A DNA stretch of 52,683 nt from positions 1 through 52,683 of the forward strand of contig CAIYWZ010000001.1 of NCBI GenBank assembly GCA_903930075.1, written 5' to 3'. The translations under genes were made by a program, and so were the position numbers. Positions 47,901-52,683 of the stretch are shown here, piece by piece. The stretch's first letter is position 1. Each line of letters begins with the position of its first letter. Source of the stretch: an uncultured Alphaproteobacteria bacterium (GTDB taxonomy: Bacteria; Pseudomonadota; Alphaproteobacteria; CAIYWZ01). Under the pieces are notes generated by a model that was given only the letters and a program-made list of their open reading frames with translations, was not told where the DNA came from and searched no databases.

Positions 47901-49116
47901 CACCAGGTCTCATAATACGATAAATATCCATCAGGGCTTCATCGCGTGTGTTGTTTTTATCTGCTTTGAGGGTATTTCTAAGGTAAGGTCCGACATTGCT
48001 GTAATCAATATCTAAAACAGAAAAACTATGAATGCCATTTTTTACAAATTTTTCTAAAAGGGCAATGGATAATTCATCACCCGCTTCAGCCAAAACTTCT
48101 CCTGTGTTTCCGATGATTGCTTGTGAGACAAACTTTCCAACCAAATCTTCGCTTAAAGCAAGGATGTGTTTTACGCCATCTGTATCTAATTTCTTGGCTA
48201 GGCGATGGGTGACTTTTGTGCCTGCTTCGATAACCACTTTTCCAGTATCTGCGTCAACAACGTCGTAGGCTGCCTTTACACCTTTCCATTTTTGGGAGAG
48301 GTAGGTATAGCGCCAAGCATTCATGGACGAGACGAATTCTTGGGAGGTGTAAAAATAATTTAAAATTTCTTCACGGGTCATCCCCTTTATTTCGGAAGGG
48401 TGCAGAACTTCATTTTTTTCTTGCGCAGCTTTTTTCTTTTCAACAGTTTGTGGGCTTTCAAGGGCCATTAAAAGTGTTGTGACGGGAATTTTACGTTTGC
48501 GATCAATTCTGACATATAAAAAGTCTTTGGCATCAAATTCAAAATCAACCCAAGAACCACGATAGGGGATAATTCTTGCGGAGAATAAATACTTACCTGA
48601 GGAATGGCTTTTGCCGCCATCATGGTCAAAAAATACACCAGGGGATCTGTGCATCTGTGAAACAACGACGCGTTCTGTGCCATTGACGATAAAAGTACCG
48701 TTGGGGGTCATCAAAGGCATGTCGCCCATGTAAACTTCTTGTTCTTTGATGTCTTTAATATTTCTTGCGCCTGTTGCTTCGTCAGTTTCCCACAAAATCA
48801 GACGATATGTGGCGCGCAGTGCTGCTGAGTATGTTCCGCCTCTTTGGCCGCATTCTGAAACATCAAACTTGGGGTCTTGGAAATCATACTTCACAAATTC
48901 TAATTGAGCTTTTCCAGCATAATCTTTCACTGGAAATATAGACTTAAATGCCGCTTGCAGGCCTGAGTCTTCCCGGTCACTTGCTGGAACATTGTATTGT
49001 AAAAAAGAATCATAAGAACTCTTTTGAAGTTCAATAAGATTGGGCATTGGAGTAACCTCTGGGATTCTTCCAAAACTCTTACGAAATCTTTTGCGACCTG
49101 TGTACGAAATATCCAT
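44941..49116 (-). CDS. rpoB: DNA-directed RNA polymerase subunit beta
   Basis: 1391 aa. Conserved rifampicin-cluster region ([13 protein letters not shown]) and C-terminal [13 protein letters not shown]. Confidence 0.97.
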   Translation of the reverse strand: MDISYTGRKRFRKSFGRIPEVTPMPNLIELQKSSYDSFLQYNVPASDREDSGLQAAFKSIFPVKDYAGKAQLEFVKYDFQDPKFDVSECGQRGGTYSAALRATYRLILWETDEATGARNIKDIKEQEVYMGDMPLMTPNGTFIVNGTERVVVSQMHRSPGVFFDHDGGKSHSSGKYLFSARIIPYRGSWVDFEFDAKDFLYVRIDRKRKIPVTTLLMALESPQTVEKKKAAQEKNEVLHPSEIKGMTREEILNYFYTSQEFVSSMNAWRYTYLSQKWKGVKAAYDVVDADTGKVVIEAGTKVTHRLAKKLDTDGVKHILALSEDLVGKFVSQAIIGNTGEVLAEAGDELSIALLEKFVKNGIHSFSVLDIDYSNVGPYLRNTLKADKNNTRDEALMDIYRIMRPGEPPTLEGSQQLFKSLFFDLERYDLSSVGRVKTNSRLNLNLPVDTRVLTTEDFLNVAKTLLDLKDGRGQIDDIDHLGNRRVRSVGELLENQYRSGLTRVERVIKERMGSLDLEGVVPNDLINAKPAASAVREFFASSQLSQFMDQNNPLAEITHKRRLSALGPGGLTRERAGFEVRDVHTTHYGRICPIETPEGPNIGLINSLATYARVNPYGFIETPYRKVAGGIVSGEVIYLSAMDEGKYTIAQANADLDPSGKITTEFVSARKSGEFIIAGASEVDLMDISPKQLVSVAASLIPFLENDDANRALMGSNMQRQAVPLLRAEAPLIGTGMESVVARDSGVTVIAKRSGIVDQVDANRIVVRATEDGDQSIAGVDIYNLLKFQRSNQSTCINQKPLVRVGDFIKTGDIIADGPSTDNGELALGRNVLVGFMSWNGYNFEDSIIISERIVKDDVFTSVHIEEFEIMARDTKLGNEEVTRDIPNVGEEALKNLDEAGIISIGADVKPGDILVGKVTPKGESPVTPEEKLLRAIFGEKASDVRDSSLRVPPGVNGTIVEVRVFSRRGLDKDERSLAIEKSEIDRLAKDRDDEKLILERNFYAGLHTFLLDGIVTKAPTGVNVELGTQITAEFLASITKGQWRQIVIEDDKAMRKIEDLKQQVDNSIQSLMQRFEDKVEKLRRGDELPPGVLKMVKVFVAVKRKLQPGDKMAGRHGNKGVVSCIVPIEDMPYLEDGTPLDIVLNPLGVPSRMNVGQILETHLGWASMNLGKQISKLIGEFSKDNISESVFKERLQDVYEDKNITSAMTSFKHESTMELASNLVKGVPMASPVFDGAKQEDISHFLRQAGLDTSGQETLYDGRTGEQFSRQVTVGCIYILKLHHLVDEKIHARSVGPYSLVTQQPLGGKAQFGGQRFGEMEVWALQAYGAAYTLQEMLTVKSDDVAGRTKVYEAIVRGDDNLEAGIPESFNVLVKELKSLGLNVEFNQRTL

Positions 49117-49152
49117 ATTGTTCCCCCTGGGATGTATTTTAATTTAAATTTT

Positions 49153-49191
49153 AAACGACGAAAAGGAGACCCTAGAATTTCTAAGATCTCC
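49153..49191 (-). terminator. rplL-rpoB intergenic attenuator/terminator
   Basis: The minus strand has GGAGATCTTAG-AAATT-CTAGGGTCTCC (an 11-bp stem with two G-U pairs) followed by TTTTCGTCGTTT. This is the classic position of the partial terminator between rplL and rpoB. Confidence 0.6.
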
Positions 49192-49216
49192 GGTAATTTT
49201 TGTGCTGATGAAAGGT

Positions 49217-49585
49217 TTACTTAACCTCAACAACAGCTCCTTCTGCAGTAATTTTTTCTTTGAGCTTTGCGGCTTCATCTTTGCTGACGCCTTCTTTAAC
49301 AGCCTTTGGTGCAGCTTCAACGAGGTCTTTAGCTTCTTTCAAACCAAGACCTGTGATTTCACGTACAACCTTAATAACGTTGATCTTGTTTGGACCAACT
49401 TCTTTGAGGATCACGTTGAATTCTGTTTGTTCTTCAACAACAGGAGCGGCAGCTCCAGCAGCAGCAACAGCAACAGGAGCAGCGGCAGAAACGCCCCACT
49501 TTTCTTCTAATGCTGTGCTGAGCTCTGCAGCTTCAAGAATGGTTAAAGTTGAAAGTTCATCTACTAATTTTGCGACTTTTGACAT
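49217..49585 (-). CDS. rplL: 50S ribosomal protein L7/L12
   Basis: 122 aa. Ala-rich hinge [15 protein letters not shown] and C-terminal domain KEAKDLVE. Confidence 0.95.
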   Translation of the reverse strand: MSKVAKLVDELSTLTILEAAELSTALEEKWGVSAAAPVAVAAAGAAAPVVEEQTEFNVILKEVGPNKINVIKVVREITGLGLKEAKDLVEAAPKAVKEGVSKDEAAKLKEKITAEGAVVEVK

Positions 49586-49619
49586 AATAATTTAACTCCT
49601 AAATATATATAAATTTTAA

Positions 49620-50129
49620 TTAATCTTTTTTGCTATATGCTGATAGCACACGGGCAATTTGTGCCCCTGGTTCTTTAAGTAAGCGTGCGATTTTTGTCGC
49701 AGGTGCGTTGATAATACCGATAAGTATCGAGCGTTGTTCATCCAAAGATGGAAGTTTCGCCAAAGCTTTGACGTTGTTCTCATTCAAAATCTGCCCATTC
49801 ATATAACCGCCAAGGATTTTTACCTTGTCGTTTGTGGAGGCAAACTTTTCAACAACTTTCGCTGCTGCAATTGGATCAGTTGAAAATGCAACGCCAATAG
49901 GACCAGAAAAAGAAGACGAAAGACCTTCCAGCTCTGTTCCAGTGACTGCTCTTTTCGCAAGTGTGTTTTTCACAATGCGGAAAGAAGCATTTTCAGCTCT
50001 CATTTTACGACGCAAATCAGTCATCTCGCTTACGGTCAACCCAGTTTGGCGAACAATAACAACAAGACCAGCTTGTTCCCATTTTTCTTTCCAATCAGCA
50101 ATAAGTTCTTGCTTTTGAGTTTTATTCAC
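49620..50129 (-). CDS. rplJ: 50S ribosomal protein L10
   Basis: L10 family. The start is set at GTG 50129 (MNKTQKQELI), with AAGGAG 8 nt upstream. The ORF-track start at 50159 would translate through the SD sequence. Confidence 0.9.
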   Translation of the reverse strand: MNKTQKQELIADWKEKWEQAGLVVIVRQTGLTVSEMTDLRRKMRAENASFRIVKNTLAKRAVTGTELEGLSSSFSGPIGVAFSTDPIAAAKVVEKFASTNDKVKILGGYMNGQILNENNVKALAKLPSLDEQRSILIGIINAPATKIARLLKEPGAQIARVLSAYSKKD

Positions 50130-50330
50130 GAACTTGACTCCTTTTGTTTTGATTAACACTACCTACAGCTTATACTGTTAAACTGTAGAACTCAAACGTC
50201 CTATCCAAGAAGGAAGTGTTAAAACACTTCGTCTCTTGTCTATGCAGGATTTATTTTGTTACCTGCAGTCTCGGACAAGAGAGAAAAAATCTCTCTTTTT
50301 TCACCAGAAAACGTATTTTCTGGAGAATCT
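50130..50330 (-). promoter_or_regulatory. Structured rplJ leader (candidate L10/L12 autoregulatory leader)
   Basis: At least five hairpins in about 170 nt: 50163-50188, 50213-50230, 50243-50267, 50278-50296 and 50304-50323. The position matches the L10 leader. Confidence 0.4.
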
Positions 50331-51026
50331 TTATGCCTTCAGTGATGTAAGATCTACTTTTACGCCAGGTCCCATTGTTGACGAAAGAGACATCTTTAAC
50401 ATATATGTTCCTTTGACGCCAGCTGGGCGGATTTTAGAAATGACATCTACAAAAGCGTGAATATTTTCAACAAGCTTGACAGATTCAAAACTTGATTTTC
50501 CAACGCCTGCGTGAATGATACCGGCTTTATCTGTACGATATTCGATTTGACCAGACTTTGCCGCATTAACTGCGCCTGCAACATCCATGGTCACTGTCCC
50601 AAGCTTTGGGTTTGGCATTAAGCCCTTTGGACCTAAAATTTTACCAAGCTTACCAACAATACCCATCATGTCCGGTGTTGCGATACAGCGGTCAAATTCA
50701 ATTGTACCTACCAAAATTTTATCTGCTAAGTCATCTGCTCCAACGATATCTGCACCTGCTTTTTCAGCATCTTGGGCTTTTGGACCCTTTGCGAAAACAG
50801 CAACGCGTAATGTTTTTCCAGTGCCGTTTGGCAATTGGACAACACCGCGCAAGGCTTGCTCTGCTTTTCTAACATCCAAATTTAAATTCAGAGCTAGTTC
50901 AACAGTTTCATCAAATTTTGCTTTGGATGCGCTTTTAACGATGCCTACTGCTTCTTCTAATGTATAAAGTTTATTGGAATCAAAACCTTCATATACACTT
51001 TTCATTCTTTTTGATTTATTTGCCAT
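50331..51026 (-). CDS. rplA: 50S ribosomal protein L1
   Basis: 231 aa, full-length L1 signature ([14 protein letters not shown]..., LPNGTGK). Confidence 0.95.
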   Translation of the reverse strand: MANKSKRMKSVYEGFDSNKLYTLEEAVGIVKSASKAKFDETVELALNLNLDVRKAEQALRGVVQLPNGTGKTLRVAVFAKGPKAQDAEKAGADIVGADDLADKILVGTIEFDRCIATPDMMGIVGKLGKILGPKGLMPNPKLGTVTMDVAGAVNAAKSGQIEYRTDKAGIIHAGVGKSSFESVKLVENIHAFVDVISKIRPAGVKGTYMLKMSLSSTMGPGVKVDLTSLKA

Positions 51027-51032
51027 AATTTT

Positions 51033-51464
51033 TTACGCTCCTACAACGTTTAAGCCCATTGATCTTGCGGAACCGATAACCATTTGCATAGCGGCTTCAA
51101 CATCATTGGCATTTAAGTCAACCATTTTCTTTTCTGCAATTTCGCGAATCTGATCCATCGTTACTTCGCCTACAGTCGCGCGACCTGGGGTTGTTGTTCC
51201 CTTGTCGATTTTTGCGGCTTTTTTCAAGAAAAAAGTCATAGGAGGAGATTTCATGATAAATGTAAATGTTTTATCAGTGAAAGCTGTAATAATAACAGGA
51301 ATTGGCGTTCCTACTTCAATTGTTTGAGTTCTGGCATTAAAAGCCTTACAGAACTCCATAATGTTCAAACCTCTTTGTCCCAATGCTGGACCAACGGGTG
51401 GGGATGGGTTTGCTTTTCCCGCAGGAAGTTGCAATTTTATATACCCAAGTACTTTTTTAGCCAT
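51033..51464 (-). CDS. rplK: 50S ribosomal protein L11
   Basis: 143 aa. [34 protein letters not shown]. Confidence 0.95.
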   Translation of the reverse strand: MAKKVLGYIKLQLPAGKANPSPPVGPALGQRGLNIMEFCKAFNARTQTIEVGTPIPVIITAFTDKTFTFIMKSPPMTFFLKKAAKIDKGTTTPGRATVGEVTMDQIREIAEKKMVDLNANDVEAAMQMVIGSARSMGLNVVGA

Positions 51465-51532
51465 AATAACCTCTTTCTATCATTTTAGGTTCGCGGTCGC
51501 GGTCTGACTAAGGACCTTCCGCATTGTTAATC
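51465..51532 (-). promoter_or_regulatory. GC-rich structured leader upstream of rplK-rplA (candidate L1-binding leader)
   Basis: A locally GC-rich tract at 51488-51522 can pair GCGG..GGTC with GACC..CCGC. This is the position of the L11-operon leader. Confidence 0.3.
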
Positions 51533-52069
51533 TTAAGCTTTTTCTACCTGTGTGAAATCAAGATCCACAGGAGTTGCTCTGCCAAAAATTGTAACAGAGA
51601 CTTTAAGCCTTGCTCTATCTTCATCTATTTCCTCAACGACGCCGCTAAAGGAAGCAAATGGACCGTCTGAAACTTTAATAACTTCTCCAATTTCAAATTT
51701 GAGGGCTGTTTTTGTAACATTAGACCCTTCTTGAAGTTGTGTAAGAAGTCTTTGGGCTTCAGCTTCACTGATGGGAACAGGTTTTGTTTTTGATCCCAAA
51801 AATCCTGTGACTTTTGGCGTGTTTTTTACCAAATGCCAGCTTTCATCCGTAAGTTGCATGTGAACAAGAATGTAGCCTGGAAAAAACTTTTTCTCAGCAT
51901 TCGTTTTCACGCCTCTGCGGATTTCAACAACTTCTTCACTTGGAACCAAAACTTCAGAAATCTGTTCCAAAATGCCTTTTTTTTCTGCTTGTTCACGAAT
52001 ATACTGAGAAACTTTTTTCTCATTGCCTGAGTATACATGAACAACGTACCAGCGATGTGTTTCTGTCAT
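51533..52069 (-). CDS. nusG: Transcription termination/antitermination factor NusG
   Basis: 178 aa. N-terminal RWYVVHVYSGNEKKV and a C-terminal KOW motif. Confidence 0.95.
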   Translation of the reverse strand: MTETHRWYVVHVYSGNEKKVSQYIREQAEKKGILEQISEVLVPSEEVVEIRRGVKTNAEKKFFPGYILVHMQLTDESWHLVKNTPKVTGFLGSKTKPVPISEAEAQRLLTQLQEGSNVTKTALKFEIGEVIKVSDGPFASFSGVVEEIDEDRARLKVSVTIFGRATPVDLDFTQVEKA

Positions 52070-52269
52070 AACCAGGATCCCAAACTTAAAATACTTCTGA
52101 TGACGTAAGACGAAATTGAATCGACGATGAGGAAGAAAATGGATGCAATCGAGACCATAATGAAAACCATAATCCCTGTAATAATCACTTCTTTTCTATT
52201 TGGCCAAGAAACTTTATTGATTTCTTGCCGAACTTGTTTAAAGAACTCGATAGGCGATGTCTTTTGCAT
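52066..52269 (-). CDS. secE: Preprotein translocase subunit SecE
   Basis: 67 aa with a single TM segment and the EINKVSWPNRKE motif. It overlaps the nusG start. Confidence 0.85.
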   Translation of the reverse strand: MQKTSPIEFFKQVRQEINKVSWPNRKEVIITGIMVFIMVSIASIFFLIVDSISSYVIRSILSLGSWL

Positions 52270-52289
52270 TTTTTCCTCAAACGTTATGT

Positions 52290-52366
52290 TGGCAGGAGTG
52301 GAGGGACTTGAACCCCCAGCCCCCGGTTTTGGAGACCGGTGCTCTGGCCAATTGAGCTACACTCCT
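52290..52366 (-). tRNA. tRNA-Trp (anticodon CCA)
   Basis: The minus strand reads AGGAGTG-TA-GCTC-AATTGGCCA-GAGC-A-CCGGT-CTCCAAA-ACCGG-GGGCT-GGGGG-TTCAAGT-CCCTC-CACTCCT-G-CCA. It sits in the canonical tuf/tRNA-Trp/secE position. Confidence 0.92.
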
Positions 52367-52378
52367 AAAATATTTATA

Positions 52379-52405
52379 CCTCCCTTCTTTTTTCAAGAAG
52401 GGAGG
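52379..52405 (-). terminator. Hairpin terminator downstream of tuf
   Basis: CCTCCCTTCTT/AAGAAGGGAGG 11-bp perfect GC-rich stem with a 5-nt loop, in T/A-rich flanks. Confidence 0.5.
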
Positions 52406-52424
52406 TCGCTTTTATCAACCGTTG

Positions 52425-52683
52425 TTACTTAATAATCGAAGTTACAACACCAGCACCGACGGTACGGCCACCTTCGCGGATCGCGAATCTTAGGCCTTCA
52501 TCCATCGCAATTGGTGCGATTAACTCAACAACCATGGAGATATTATCTCCTGGCATCACCATTTCTGTGCCTTCGGGCAACTCAGTTGCACCGGTCACGT
52601 CTGTTGTTCTAAAATAGAACTGTGGACGGTAGTTGCTAAAGAACGGTGTATGACGACCGCCTTCTTCCTTGGTCAAAATATAG
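52425..52683 (-). CDS. tuf: Elongation factor Tu, 3' end only (the gene runs off the window)
   Basis: The C-terminal domain sequence [21 protein letters not shown]...[12 protein letters not shown] is unmistakably EF-Tu. Confidence 0.95.
   Translation of the reverse strand, partial: YILTKEEGGRHTPFFSNYRPQFYFRTTDVTGATELPEGTEMVMPGDNISMVVELIAPIAMDEGLRFAIREGGRTVGAGVVTSIIK

Overview
This is an AT-rich, gene-dense chromosomal segment. Gene content and order (sdhE/recG, hrcA-grpE, bamD-recN-ligA, tuf-tRNA-Trp-secE-nusG-rplKAJL-rpoBC) fit an alphaproteobacterium, possibly a Rickettsiales/Holosporales-like intracellular lineage. That lineage call is inference only. Most of the window is core housekeeping, almost all on the minus strand: recG, typA, mutS, hrcA-grpE, the oppABCDF operon, ligA, recN, bamD, pgk, rpoBC, ribosomal proteins and the 3' end of tuf.

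I found no CRISPR array, prophage or recognisable defence system. The parts worth a second look are:
1. An orphan cassette wedged between aacS and phaC. It holds two giant (about 860-910 aa) flagellin paralogs, each behind a sigma54-type -24/-12 promoter and a conserved 5' UTR hairpin. A small signal-peptide ORF is co-transcribed with one of them. One paralog has ATT where the other has its ATG start, and a ~113-aa internal module sits in a different position in the two genes.
2. Two tandem GNAT acetyltransferases that both carry Sec-type signal peptides.
3. A dense DnaA-box cluster at the left edge of the window.
4. An IS701-like transposase next to tRNA-His.
5. A recurring pattern of adjacent paralog pairs (ampG x2, murJ x2, oppA x2, flagellin x2, GNAT x2), several of them in peptidoglycan export or recycling.

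The flagellin cassette is my best candidate for something new, but it is built from recognisable parts. All coordinates of small motifs and hairpins were derived by hand from the sequence. No database search or folding calculation was run.
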